Shown: in pieces, positions 10,901-21,948 of the stretch
How the letters are laid out: each line of letters opens with the position of its first letter
Position numbering within the stretch: the first letter of the stretch is position 1
DNA from: Rebecca billardiae RCC1528
Lineage: Eukaryota > Protista > Haptophyta
Direction: 5' to 3'
Assembly: GCA_965240325.2 (NCBI GenBank)
Contig: OZ251241.1
Coordinates: 1-64,000 of the forward strand
Length of the DNA: 64,000 nucleotides
Program-made: the position numbers and the translations under genes
The notes under the pieces: generated by a model
Databases searched by the model: none
What the model was told of the DNA's origin: nothing
Seen by the model: only the letters and a program-made list of their open reading frames with translations

Positions 10901-12541
10901 TCAGCCGGCTGGCGCAAACGCGCGCCGCACGAGCGCGAGCGCGTGCGAGCCGTTGAGCGCGTGGTCGTTGACGGTCACAAACGGCACCGCGTCCGCCTGC
11001 AGCTCGATCACCACCTCCTCGTCGCAGTCGGCGCGCACCTTGAGGCAGCCGGCGACCGCGAGCGAGGGGTGCGGCAGCTCGTGCCGCTCGAGCTGGCCCG
11101 GGGCGTCCGCGCGCGCCGCGCCGCGCGCTCCCGTCCACGCTCCCTTCCGCGCGCGCGCCGCCGGCGGCGGCGGCCGCCACGAGGCGTTGAAGACCATGGC
11201 GCACCTGCCCGAGGCGGGCTCGACGCGCGCGTCCGAGCAGCGCGCGGGCTGCACGTGCAGCCGCGCCCACAGCTGCAGCCGCTGCAGCAGCAGGAAGTAG
11301 GTCGCGTACTCGGTCCAGTTGGCGCCGCGCCGCAGCAGCCCCGCGAGCGCGTGCACCTCTGCCGGGTGGGACACGCGCGCGCTGCCCCGCGTGTACGCGC
11401 CCGCGGCGGCGGCCTCGGCCGGGCCGCGGAGGCGCAGCAGCTCGGCCTCCATCGCGCGCAGCCCGTCGACGTGCAGGATCTGCGGCGTCCAGCCGAGCAC
11501 GCGCGCGCCGCCGCGCTCGAGCTCGTACCCCGCCTGCGCGCGCGCCGCCCAGTCGGCCAGCCCCCACTCGGCCGCGGTGCGCGACACGTGCCACGCGCCG
11601 TGCCAGTTGAACGTCGACTCGAGGCAGGTGAGCACGCGGCCGTCCGGCCGGACGAAGGCGCGGGGCAGGGGGCGGCGGGCGGGCGCGCCCGCCCCGCCCG
11701 CCGCGGCCCCGCGCCGCGCCAGCCCCTCCGACCAGCCGCGCGCGCACAGCACGTCCGCGTCGAGCGTGAGCACGTGCGTCGCGGGCGCGCCGCCGCCGAG
11801 CGCGCTCGCGAGCGGGTGGCGGTACGCGAGCAGCTTCACCGCCTGCTGCAGGTTCCAGCCGCGCCAGCTGCGCTCGGCGGCGGGCGCGAGCCCGCCGCCA
11901 CCAACCGGCGCAGAGCCGTTCGCCCGCGCCAGCCCTCCCGCGACGGGCGCGGGCAGCGGCGCCGCCGCGAGCCTCCGTCGGCGCCGCGCGCGCGCCCACG
12001 GCCGCGCGCGCCGCCGCGCGCTCGCGCGCTCGCGCAGCGCGCGCGGCGCGCGCTGGGGCAGCCCGCGCGGCGCGCTCGCGCCATCGCGCCGGCGCGCGGG
12101 CTTGCGCGGCATCGGCACGATCTCGTCCTCGGCGACAATGTGCCAGTGTGCCGGCAGGAGCGCGCGCCGCTCGCGCAGCGCCGCCTTGAGAGCGGACAGG
12201 TCCTTGCGCGGCACGGCGATGAGGAGCGCGCGCAGGGCGCGCGCGTCGAGCGTGCGCTGGCACGACTCGAGCTTCGCCACGATCCAGTCCGCGTCGCGCC
12301 GCGTGCACGGCATCACGCCGACGAGCACGACGGGCGGGTGCGCGCCCGAGCCCGCCTCGTCCGCATGCGGCCGGTCGGCGCGCACGGGCTCGGGCAAGGG
12401 GCACGGCCGAAAGGCGCGGTGGGCGCGCCGCGCGCCGACTATCCACGTCACGCCGTACGACGATACTGCGAGCACGCCCAGGGCGAGGAGCCGGAGCGCC
12501 CGATGCAGCGCCGCCGCGTCGGCGCTGGCGTCGTCCGGCAT
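10901..12541 (-). CDS. DUF6492-like (GT-A-fold-like) protein with N-terminal TM
   Basis: GWNLQQAVKL, LTLDADV (DxD), WTPQIL, WTEYATY; TM LLALGVLAVSSYGVTWIV. First ATG is 12541 (the track start is a TTG). Confidence 0.55.
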   Translation of the reverse strand: MPDDASADAAALHRALRLLALGVLAVSSYGVTWIVGARRAHRAFRPCPLPEPVRADRPHADEAGSGAHPPVVLVGVMPCTRRDADWIVAKLESCQRTLDARALRALLIAVPRKDLSALKAALRERRALLPAHWHIVAEDEIVPMPRKPARRRDGASAPRGLPQRAPRALRERASARRRARPWARARRRRRLAAAPLPAPVAGGLARANGSAPVGGGGLAPAAERSWRGWNLQQAVKLLAYRHPLASALGGGAPATHVLTLDADVLCARGWSEGLARRGAAAGGAGAPARRPLPRAFVRPDGRVLTCLESTFNWHGAWHVSRTAAEWGLADWAARAQAGYELERGGARVLGWTPQILHVDGLRAMEAELLRLRGPAEAAAAGAYTRGSARVSHPAEVHALAGLLRRGANWTEYATYFLLLQRLQLWARLHVQPARCSDARVEPASGRCAMVFNASWRPPPPAARARKGAWTGARGAARADAPGQLERHELPHPSLAVAGCLKVRADCDEEVVIELQADAVPFVTVNDHALNGSHALALVRRAFAPAG

Positions 12542-12717
12542 CCTGTCCGAATTCGTCTCAGCAGCTTGCGCGATTTTCCTTGATATCAAGTCATCAAGTG
12601 ACAAGCGCGCGCCAAAATTGGCCAACGGCCGCCGACGATGGCTGAGGAGAAAACGAGGATTCCGGCAGACTGCCGAAGTTCGTCACACCGCTGCTCAGAT
12701 GATTTACGACTATCATA

Positions 12718-12764
12718 CAGTTTACTAAGAATAAGAGACGCACACAGCTCAGGCAGGCGAGATT
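12718..12764 (+). repeat. 47-bp inverted-repeat arm (left), preceded by TA
   Basis: CAGTTTACTAAGAATAAGAGACGCACACAGCTCAGGCAGGCGAGATT is the exact reverse complement of 20260-20306. Confidence 0.95.
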
Positions 12765-13022
12765 GACGCCCGCCAACTGTCACCGCCCATTAGTCGCATG
12801 AGCTTGCCCCTTCTCAGGCTGCAAGTCATTTAAAAGTTCGGCAAGGGATCAAGGTCTTCTGCGCACTCACAACCACTTTCACTCCCCCAACCGTCCGCCC
12901 ACCTGCAGCTGGGGCCGCCCGGTGGCAGATGCAACCTACAGCCCCGAGCACTCAGCGCACACCGGGAGGTGGTTGCGAAGGGACGTGAGCCCCGCCGACT
13001 ATCCCACCGGTTTGCGCCGGAT

Positions 13023-14276
13023 ATGAGCGGCTTGGCAGGATGGCTCCGCGCGCTCGCGGGGACGAGCGCCGGTGGACCATCGTCCCCGCGCCTCGGCCGG
13101 GGCGCCGCGCGCCCCGCCCAGGCGGTCGAGCCGGTGCGCGCATCACCGCCCGCCGGCGATGACGCCGGCCGCGACGCGCTCGACGCCGCCGAGCGCGGCG
13201 CCCGCGGGGCTGCGGGTGCACGCGGAGCAGCGCCCGGAGCGGATGGCCCGGCCGACGCCAACGCCGCGCCCGCCGGCGCGGGCGTCGCGCCGGTGCGCGC
13301 TCTCGCGATCGGCGCGAGCGCAAGCCTGAGCGCCGCGCGCGCGAGCGACTCTGACGGTGACGCGGCGCCCGACGACGCGGGCGACGGAGCGCTGTGCATG
13401 ATCTGCCTCGAGGATGAGGCGACGGCGGACGACCACCTCTTCCACGACATCTGCGCGTGCAAGTCGACCGTGATCCACAAGTCGTGCCTCGAGAAGCTCG
13501 TCAACTCGCGCCGGCGGCGCAAGATGCAGCTGACCGAGCGGCTGGCGTGCCCCGTGTGCACGGGGCTGTACCGCGTGCCGTACGAGCGCACGGTGCTCGC
13601 CTCGCCCACGGACAACGCGTGGCAGCGCGAGCGGCGGCGCGCCGCCACGCGCTCGCTCGGCACCGCCCTCTTCATCTCCTTCGGCGCCGCGTTCGGCGTG
13701 CGCCTCCTCGTCGACCTGCTCGGGCGGCAGGTCGCGTTCCTCGTCGTGACGGTCGTGGTGTTCGTGTACATGTTCACCGTCGTGTACGGGAGCAAGCGCG
13801 CGCAGCGGAGGCGGGAGGAGGAGCGCGCGCGCGCGCAGGCGGCCGACCCCGAGGAGCTCGACGACGAGGTCTTCTACAACACCATCGTCGCCGCGCAGCG
13901 CGTGCTGATCGTGCCGGGCGGGCCGGACGCGGCCGTGCTCGAGCACACGCGCGCCAACCGCGTGATCGTGCACATTGGCGTCGGCCAGCTGCCGGGCGGC
14001 GCGAGCGCGCGCGCGGCGGCGGTGGACGCCGAGATCGGCGCGAGCGCGGGCGCGCAGCCGGAGGCCGCGGCGGATGGCGCGCGCGAGGCCACGGCCGGCG
14101 ACCGGGCGCCGCGCGCAGCTACCGCGGGTACTGTCGGCGCGGATGGCGGTGGCGCCGCGGCCGCCGCAGGCGCTGACCTACACGTCGAGACTGCAGCTCG
14201 TCGCGCAGTCGCGGCACCCGCACCGCCGCAGCCAGCCTCGTCAGCAGCAGGCATCGACGGAGGCCCGACGCTGTGA
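13023..14276 (+). CDS. RING-CH (MARCH-type) membrane E3 ubiquitin ligase
   Basis: C4HC3 pattern CMIC..CAC..HKSC..CPVC followed by two hydrophobic helices. Confidence 0.85.
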   Translation: MSGLAGWLRALAGTSAGGPSSPRLGRGAARPAQAVEPVRASPPAGDDAGRDALDAAERGARGAAGARGAAPGADGPADANAAPAGAGVAPVRALAIGASASLSAARASDSDGDAAPDDAGDGALCMICLEDEATADDHLFHDICACKSTVIHKSCLEKLVNSRRRRKMQLTERLACPVCTGLYRVPYERTVLASPTDNAWQRERRRAATRSLGTALFISFGAAFGVRLLVDLLGRQVAFLVVTVVVFVYMFTVVYGSKRAQRRREEERARAQAADPEELDDEVFYNTIVAAQRVLIVPGGPDAAVLEHTRANRVIVHIGVGQLPGGASARAAAVDAEIGASAGAQPEAAADGAREATAGDRAPRAATAGTVGADGGGAAAAAGADLHVETAARRAVAAPAPPQPASSAAGIDGGPTL

Positions 14277-15260
14277 CGATCGCTATCCTCGTCGCGAATA
14301 ATATCGTCTGCCGGCTGTGCTCGGCCGGAGTCGGTACTCTGAGGGGTCAGCCAGCCCCACTGGGGGGTGCGTGGCCCAAAATCGAACTTCCTGTCGTCTT
14401 GAGATGAGGCTCTCAAACTTCGGGATGTCAATATTCGCCTGAAATGAGCTGCTGGGGTCACGCTGATCGACGACTATATACTACATCGTCAGCAAGTTTT
14501 GCGCCGCAAAAAACGGGGTCCCCGGATGGATGCCATGTGATTCGCGCCTGGCGGCGGTGGCGCGGCCGCGGGGGGCGTGCGGCCGTCATCCGAGCCGCGC
14601 TGCCGTCAGCCGCGCGCTGAGTCTGCTGTCTGTGAGGCCCGCCACCGGGGCCGCAGCCGCAGGACCGAGCACGGCTGACTGCTGAGTGTAACGTCTGTGC
14701 CTGCCGCCTGTGGCAGGCAGTCGTGGCAGCTAGCCAGCCGTGACGGGCCGCCAGCCGCTGGCAGCATCAACCGATTCAACCGTGTCCGCGTTGGCGGCGT
14801 CAGTTACTAGTTAGTGGCGCCACGGGCAGCAGAGTATGAGAGTTGACATGTGACGCGATACGATGCCACAGGCAGATGATTGAGCAGCGGCAGCAGGCCG
14901 AACTGCGCATGATGACTCGTCGATCTCCGTTATTCGACGAGCGCTGATGGCGGCGGCGGCATCAGTCGTCGCGCGTCAGTCCGATCCGTCCGCCGCCGGC
15001 CGCGCGCGCGCTCGCGCCCGCCACCCGCTGCATCCGCGCCGGCGCTCGGGCCGATGACGCGGGCGGTGATGAGCAGGTCTGCGTGACGCGACTCGGCGAC
15101 GCGGGCTCCGCCCGCCTCAAGCAAGCCCCCGTCCCCGCGCTGCCGCCGCTGCGCCGGCAGCCCGAGCGGCTCTGAGCCCCGCGCGCTCGTCCGCAGCCGC
15201 CCGCGTCGCGTCGTCCGCGCTGTGAGCCGCGCGCGACGGTCGTGCGCGCCCAACCGCCGC

Positions 15261-18200
15261 CTACTGCTTCTCGCCGCGCTTCGCGGCCTCGGTGAGGTGC
15301 ATGAGCGCCAGCTTGCGCACGTTCTTGGACTCGAACGTGGAGAAGGCCTCGTCCTCCTCCTCCTCCTCGTCCACGCCGCCCGGCTCGAGGTCTGCGCCCG
15401 CCCAGCGCGCCTGCGCGTCCTCCGAGTGCCGCAGCGCCGGCTTGATGGACGGCTCGACCTCGCGCAGTCGCTCCCAGTCCACGCCCTCGAAGAAGGCGTG
15501 CGCCTGCACGCCGGGGATGCTGATGCGCTGCTTGTCGTCGGGCGCGAGCAGCTGCCGCACGAGGCTCGCCGCGGGCTTGCTCAGCGACTGCGCACACACG
15601 CGGGCGCGCGGGGCACGCGGGCCGGTCAGGCGCCGAGGGCCGCGCCAAGCCGCGGCACGGCGCGCCGCGCGCGGCCGCGCCCCGCGCACGCAGCCGTGCG
15701 CGTGCGCGCGCACGTTGATGATGGAGTGGTTCATGCGGCGCGCGACGATGTTCTCGAAGATCTGCTCGGGCGTGTCGTCGTCGAACGGCGGCTCCCCCAC
15801 GAGGAACTCGTACATGACGATGCCGAGCGCCCAGAGGTCGAGCGCGTACGTCACCTGCACGCGCACACGCGCACACACGCGCACACACGCGCACACACGC
15901 ACACGCGCGCGCGCGGCGTGTGAGCGCCGGCCAGCCGCGCCGCGCGCCTCGGGCCGCGCGCCGCGCGCGGCGCGGGCGCGGCGCGGGCGCGCCTCGCGCC
16001 GACGCACCCGCCTGTGCAGCAGCACCTCCGGCGCGAGGTAGTTGGGCGTGCCCACGCACTGGCCGCCGCCAAACCAGCCCGAGATGCAGCGGGAGCCGCC
16101 GTTCACGCCCACGTTGCGCGTGCCGTCCTTCTTGCGGTCCGGCTTGGGGCGCTCGGCCGGCGCGGCGCCGCCCGCGGGCGGCGGCTCGGCGCGCGAGGGC
16201 GCCGTGCCGCCCGCGTTGGGCGGCATCGAGCTGTCCTCGAGCGTCGCGCCGTGGTACGCCGCCGAGAGCCCAAAGTCGGTGAGCTTGAGGTGGCCGTCCG
16301 CGCCGATCAGCATGTTCTGCGGCTTGAGGTCGCGCATGATCACGCCCTGCGAGTGCAGGTACGCGAGCCCCGCGACGGTCTCGCCGAGGTAGAAGGCGGC
16401 GAGGTCCTCCTCGAAGAAGCCGAGCTGGTTGAGCAGCTCGTGCAGGTCGCCGCGCGGCATGTACTCCATCACCATGTACACGTTGCTCGGCGACATGAAG
16501 GAGAAGTAGAGCTCGACCACAAACGGCGACTGCGCGGACGAGAGGATCAGACGCTCGAGCTGCACGTTCTCCAGCGCGTTGGTCTCGCGCAGGTGGGCCT
16601 TGGTCAGCGCCTTGATCGCGACGAGGTCCTTGGTCGACCTGCGCCGCGCGAGGTACACCGTGCCGTACCCGCCCGAGCCGAGCACGTCGACGATGTCGAA
16701 GTCCTTCATGCTCACCTTGCGGCCGGCGCCGAGCCCGACCTTGAGCTTGGAGCCCGCGCTGCCGCCGCCCGCGCCCTCGCGGTCGGTGCCCGACGCGCCC
16801 GACTCGACGGCGATCACGTCCCAGCACGCGGAGATCTTGGAGCGCGGCAGCTTGCGCACGCGCTCCCACAGCGCCGACACGATCGCCGAGCGCTTCCGCC
16901 CGTCCTTGGTCAGGTCCTTCTCCGCGCGCTCGACGATCTGCTCGAGCAGCATGGCCGACTGCTGCGGCGCGTGCGTGCCGCCCACGCCGATCGCCGCGGC
17001 CTCGGTCAGCGCCTGCTTCAGCACCTGTCGGCCGCGCGCGCGGGGGGGCGGCGCGCGGGGGGGCAGAGCGCGAGGGCGAGGGGCGCGGGGCGGAGGGTCG
17101 GCGCGGCTGCGCGCACCGCCTCGCGCGCGCGGCGCGCCGCCGCGAGCTCGCCGCGGCCGCGGGCGCGCGCGCGCGCGCGCGCGGCGCTGCGCGCACCTGC
17201 AGCGTGGCCACCTGCGCGCGCAGCTCGTCGGCGGCGAGCTCGAGCTTGGTGTGCCGCGCGTCGAGGAGGCTCGCCGTCTTGCGCATCGCCAGGTCGATCT
17301 CGCGCACGCGCTCGTGCGTGACGTGCGCGGCCGCGCACGAGACGACGTGCTCCTTGAGGTGCGCGCGCGGCATCGACTGCTCGCACAGCTTGCACACGGC
17401 CATCTCGACCTCGCCGTCCTCGGTGGCGGCGATGGCGGAGTCGGCGGCGGCGTCGCGCGCCGCGGCGAGGTCCTTCACGCTGCCCATCCGCTCCACCTCC
17501 GCCAGCGTCGCCTCCAGCCCGTCCTGCTGCAGCGAGCGCGTCTCTGCGATCACGCCCTGCTCGAACGAGTCGAGGTTGTGCGCCGTGTCGCGCTGCGCCT
17601 CGTCCGGCCGCAGGATGGGGCGCTTGGCGCCCTCGTCGGTGGCGTGGTTCGCGCCCATCAGCTCGGCGGGCACCGTGCGGCGCAGCACCGCCTCGTGCCT
17701 GCGGCGCCACACGTACTGCCACAGGTTCTTGAGCTCGAGCAGCCGCATCGGCTTGAGCAGGAACGCGTCCGCGCCCTGCATCACGCACTGCTCGACCAGC
17801 CCGTCGGACTCGTGGGCGGACATCATCACGACGGCGATGTGCGCCTTGTACTCGGAGCGGATCTTCATCAGCAGCTGGAACCCGTCGACACCCTCCATCA
17901 TCACGTCGGTCAGCACCAGGTTGACGTCCTCGTCGTGCCGCAGCACCTCGAGCGCGTCGCCGGCCGACGCGACCACCTGCGCGGTGTACCCGGACTCCTC
18001 GGCGAGGGCGAGCATCGTCATCGCCTGGAAGATGGAGTCCTCGACGATGAGCATCTTGCACATCGCCGGGCCGCCCATCTTGTGGTCCGTCGTCTCCGCC
18101 GCCTGCATCGCGTCCGCAGCCGCGGGCCGCGCGGGGATGGCCGCCGCCTGCGGCTCGTCGTCGCCCGCGAGGTTCTGCAGCTCGGAGCGGAGGGCCGTGA

Positions 18201-18315
18201 GCGTGCCGAGCGCACGCGCGCGCTCGCCATCGGGCACGTTCGACAGCGCGTCCTCGAGCTGCTTGAAGAGCTCCTCGGCGCGCATCATCGACGCCTCGCC
18301 GCCGCCCCCTCCCAT
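15261..18315 (-). CDS. Receiver domain + CCHC finger + AGC kinase (Rim15/IRE/Greatwall-like); introns 17025-17196, 15855-16007, 15588-15713
   Basis: LIVEDS..LVLTDVMM..FLLKP (REC); CKLC..H..C; GSGGYG, VAIK, RDLKPQN, DFGLS..GTPNYLAPE, DLWALG; AGC tail FFEGVDW..FSTF. GT-AG junctions restore the frame. Confidence 0.88.
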
Positions 18316-18930
18316 GAGTGGCGCGAGGCCCCTAGAGCTGGGCGTGGGTCCTTGGGGGCCCCGCCGGTGGTGAAGGCCGATACTGAATCGTCCGCGTAAA
18401 CGGCGCACGTATACAATTCTCGATGAGCAGCATATTGCGCGGGTATTTCTCTGATCGACAACCTACCCACGTTGCATTTACGGTACACACGGCGGCTGCC
18501 TATGATGACTAGTTGACTATACCGCAGATGATTGTAACCGAGCCATCAAGTTTCTCCGGACTCCGCGACTCACGACCCAGCTCGGGCCCGGCCCCGGGGC
18601 CCGGGCGGTCCGTCCCCGCCATCTAACCGACCGACGTGATGTCAGTCATGTGCATGATGACGACGGCCTGATCCAATGTTCATTGTCTGACCGATTCAAG
18701 AGACTAGTAGTGCACAGGTGTGGCGGCGCGCGCATGCATGCATTCGATCGACTCACTGGACACAGCGGCGGGCCCGGCGAGGCGCGGCGGACCGCGGGGA
18801 CCGCCCGCAGTCCCGCCGGACTTCTGCAGCCGATCACAAATATTCAGACAGGCGCCGATGGGTCGGCCGCGGCTCGGCGCGAGATGCGGCACCGAGCCGC
18901 GGGCGGCGGCTGCGCGCATTCCTCCCGGTC

Positions 18931-19983
18931 TCATGGCTCCGGCTCGAAGGGCGACTCGCCATCGCCGCCCTCGAAGAGCCGGTCGAGCAGCGAGACGACC
19001 TCCGCGTCGGCGTGCGCCGCGCGCTCGCCGGCGAGCGCGCTGCTCAGCTCCCACTCGGCGCCCGCCGGGAGCGGGGCGCCCACGTCGCACAGCTCGGCTC
19101 CGCGGGGGCTGTCGCCGTCCGCCACGCGCAGGTCGTCGCGGTAGAAGTTTTGCCGCGGGGGCATCAGCATCACCTGCGCCGGCAGCGTGAGCGGCGGCGG
19201 GCGCGCGGCGGCGCGTGAGATGGCGCCCGCTCGGGGTGGCACAGCGCGCGCGCGCGCGCGGCGGGCGCGCGCGCGCACCCCGCTGGGCACCAGCCCAATC
19301 TTGTAGTCGCCCTCCTCGCAGAACTCGGCGAGGACGTCCATGTCCCACGCCGCCACGGCGGGCAGGTCAAAGTCCTCCGCCTCGAGCTGCTGCGCGAAGC
19401 GCGTGGCGTCCTCCTCCGACTGGAAGGCGAGCACGAACGTGGCGAGCTCGTCGTCCTGCACCGTGTACACGCCCTCCTCCTCCGAGCCCGGCTGGAAGAG
19501 GAGGACGTAGCCCGCCTCGAGGGCGTCGAGGGCGGACTCGTCGGCGAGCTCGGGGTACGGCGCGTCGAACGCCTCCCACGGCGGGAGGGCGTCCTCCTCC
19601 GGCCCCGCGGGCTCCGCGCTGACGGACGCGCCGTTGATCCACATGCGGCGCCGTAGCACCTCCATGTCCAGGTCGGCGCTCAGCCCGTCGTCGGGCGCGC
19701 TGCTGTCGTCGTCGGGCGCCAGGGCGGACATGCGCAGCGCGGGCGAGCGGCCGCCTCGTCTCCGCATCGTCGACACGCCCGAGCGGCTGCACGACCTCGC
19801 GCCACCCGCGCGCACCGCCACGCGCGGCGCGCCGCTCCCCACATGCCACGCGCACCCGGCGCGCGCGAGGACGCCCAGAGCGGCGAGGAGCACGAGCGGG
19901 CCCCGTGTCCTGGCGCTGCCGCGCTTGCAGCTTGCATGCGCCGTCGGCGCGCTCGTGAGCGACGTGAACGCCCCCGCAGCCAT
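18931..19983 (-). CDS. DUF3110-domain protein, probably plastid-targeted; intron 19174-19278
   Basis: YVLLFQPGSEEEGVYT..VLAFQSEEDATRFAQQLEAEDF..FCEEGDY..PP.QN matches DUF3110. N-terminal hydrophobic plus Arg/Ser-rich leader. Confidence 0.85.
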   Translation of the reverse strand: MAAGAFTSLTSAPTAHASCKRGSARTRGPLVLLAALGVLARAGCAWHVGSGAPRVAVRAGGARSCSRSGVSTMRRRGGRSPALRMSALAPDDDSSAPDDGLSADLDMEVLRRRMWINGASVSAEPAGPEEDALPPWEAFDAPYPELADESALDALEAGYVLLFQPGSEEEGVYTVQDDELATFVLAFQSEEDATRFAQQLEAEDFDLPAVAAWDMDVLAEFCEEGDYKIGLVPSGVRARARRARARAVPPRAGAISRAAARPPPLTLPAQVMLMPPRQNFYRDDLRVADGDSPRGAELCDVGAPLPAGAEWELSSALAGERAAHADAEVVSLLDRLFEGGDGESPFEPEP

Positions 19984-20259
19984 TGGATTGGGCGCGGCGC
20001 GCGCGATGTGCACCCGCCTCTCAGCGCGGGAGGCCGTCACGGATGGGTGTTTAGGGGCCTCTTGCCGTCAAAGATGCCTCGCGAGTTTCCCGGCTGCGCT
20101 AATTAAAGCCTGGCGAGATTCCTCGGCAAATGAGGTCATCACTCATCGTTCGCCGAGCTTCGTCTGGTTTGGGACGAAAAGCGGGCGCCGTCGGCGGGTT
20201 ATCGCGGCGGGGGACGGCGGACTGACGATTCACGTCCACCGCTGGGCGCTCGCAGCCGT

Positions 20260-20306
20260 AATCTCGCCTGCCTGAGCTGTGTGCGTCTCTTATTCTTAGT
20301 AAACTG
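20260..20306 (-). repeat. 47-bp inverted-repeat arm (right), followed by TA
   Basis: Exact reverse complement of 12718-12764; TA at 20307-20308. Confidence 0.95.
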
Positions 20307-20433
20307 TACTTGTAACCAGGCTCAGCAGCAGCCCTCTTGCATTTCTATGGGGATCGCGTCCCGATTCCGCGTGTTTACGACTTTACGTGCGTGTTTTTTG
20401 CAGCAGGTGGGATCGCCAACCGTCGCGCCCACG

Positions 20434-21456
20434 ATGGCGGCAAGCGCGCCATCACGTGCCGTGGCCATCGTGGGGGACGTCTACGTGGATGTCCTGGCGA
20501 AGGTGCAGGAGCTGCCTGTGTGGGGCGAGGACCGCGCGGCGAGCACGGCTCTCCTCAGCCCCGGCGGCTCCACCGCCAACACGGCGCGCTTCCTCGGCGC
20601 GCTCGACGAGTCGACGCGCGTCACGCTCTTCTCGGCGATCGGCGACGACTCGGCGGGCGCCTACTTTCGGAGCGAGCTGCAGAAGGAGGGGTGCGTCGCG
20701 TGCGACGAGGCGTCCCTCGTCGCGCTGCCGGGCGTCCCCACGGCCGTGTGCATCGTGCTCTCCGGCCCTGCCGACCGCGGCTTTGTCTCGTGCAACGCGT
20801 CGAACGGCGCGATCACGCCCGCCATCCTCAGCCGCGAGCGGCTGCTCGCGCACGGCCACTGCCACTTTGGCGGCTTCTTCAACCTGCCGGGGCTGCACAC
20901 GCCCGACGTCGTCGAGCTCGCGCGCGAGCTCCGCGCCGCGGGCGTGACCATCACCCTCGACACGCAGTACGACATCTCGGGCGCGTGGGACGGCGGCGGC
21001 ACGCTCGACGCGCTGCTGCAGCTCGTGGACGCGTTCATGCCCAACGAGCTCGAGGCGATGGGCGTGGCGCGCGAGGGGAGCGCGGAGCGCGCGCTCGACG
21101 CGATCCTCGCGCGCATGCGCCCCGGCGCTCTGGCGATAGTCAAGGTGGGGGCGCGCGGCGCCCTCGCCGCGCGCGCGGCCGCCGACGGCAGCGGCCAGGT
21201 CGAGCGCTGGCACGAGCGGCCGCCACCGGTCGAGGTGGTCGACCCGACCGGCGCGGGCGACGCGTTCAACGCGAGCTTCATCCACGCCTTCGTCCGCGGC
21301 CGGCCCGTGGACGAGTGCCTCCGCGCGGGGTGCGTGGGCGGCGCGCTCTCGGTGAGCCGGCTGGGCGGCTGCGACGGCGTGCGCGAGTGGGCCGACGACG
21401 TCCTCCGCGGCTCCCTCCGCGGCGCATCGGGCGCTGCCAGCGGCAGCGCCGCCTGA
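20434..21456 (+). CDS. PfkB/ribokinase-family carbohydrate kinase
   Basis: PGGSTANTA, IGDDSAG, FMPNELEA, signature VVDPTGAGDAFNA. Confidence 0.93.
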   Translation: MAASAPSRAVAIVGDVYVDVLAKVQELPVWGEDRAASTALLSPGGSTANTARFLGALDESTRVTLFSAIGDDSAGAYFRSELQKEGCVACDEASLVALPGVPTAVCIVLSGPADRGFVSCNASNGAITPAILSRERLLAHGHCHFGGFFNLPGLHTPDVVELARELRAAGVTITLDTQYDISGAWDGGGTLDALLQLVDAFMPNELEAMGVAREGSAERALDAILARMRPGALAIVKVGARGALAARAAADGSGQVERWHERPPPVEVVDPTGAGDAFNASFIHAFVRGRPVDECLRAGCVGGALSVSRLGGCDGVREWADDVLRGSLRGASGAASGSAA

Positions 21457-21734
21457 ACCCCGTGCGTTAATCACTGAATAATCGCCGCCGCTGCCTCACG
21501 AGGAGTGGCATCTGCGTCGGCGCGGCGCGCAGGGCGCAGAGTGCCATGGAGGAACCACCACAACGCCATGAGCGGGGAGCGCCATACAGGAACCACACCG
21601 CCGCGAGCCCCGGGGCGCCCGAGCAGCACTGACGTGAGCTTGTTGCTGCAGCGCATGCATTAGCTAATACTGCGGGGGCGGGCCAGATAAAAAAAATCGC
21701 GATGAACGCGAAAAGAGGAAGAGGAAAAGCAATC

Positions 21735-21806
21735 GGGGACAACCGAGGTTCGAACTCGGGACCTCCTGTACCCAGAACAGGAATCATACCACTAGACTAT
21801 TGTCCC
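21735..21806 (-). tRNA. tRNA-Pro(UGG)
   Basis: GGGACAA/TTGTCCC acceptor stem; D region GTCTAGTGGTATGAT typical of eukaryotic tRNA-Pro; CCTGT-TCTGGGT-ACAGG anticodon arm; CCGAG-TTCGAAC-CTCGG T arm; downstream T-runs. Confidence 0.92.
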
Positions 21807-21948
21807 GACCGTTACACTCGAGGAGCGTAGGGTGCAGGCGAGCAGAGGGTATACGTAGTTTGAACCCCTCGGTTTGAAGTCCCAGGGAAGGATTCGTATG
21901 AAGCCGAACGGCGGCAAAAGCTCGCGAACGGGATCGAGCAAAGGCAGC

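Noticed and set aside
12718-20306. Autonomous DNA transposon
   Set aside because: No DDE transposase ORF between the inverted repeats.
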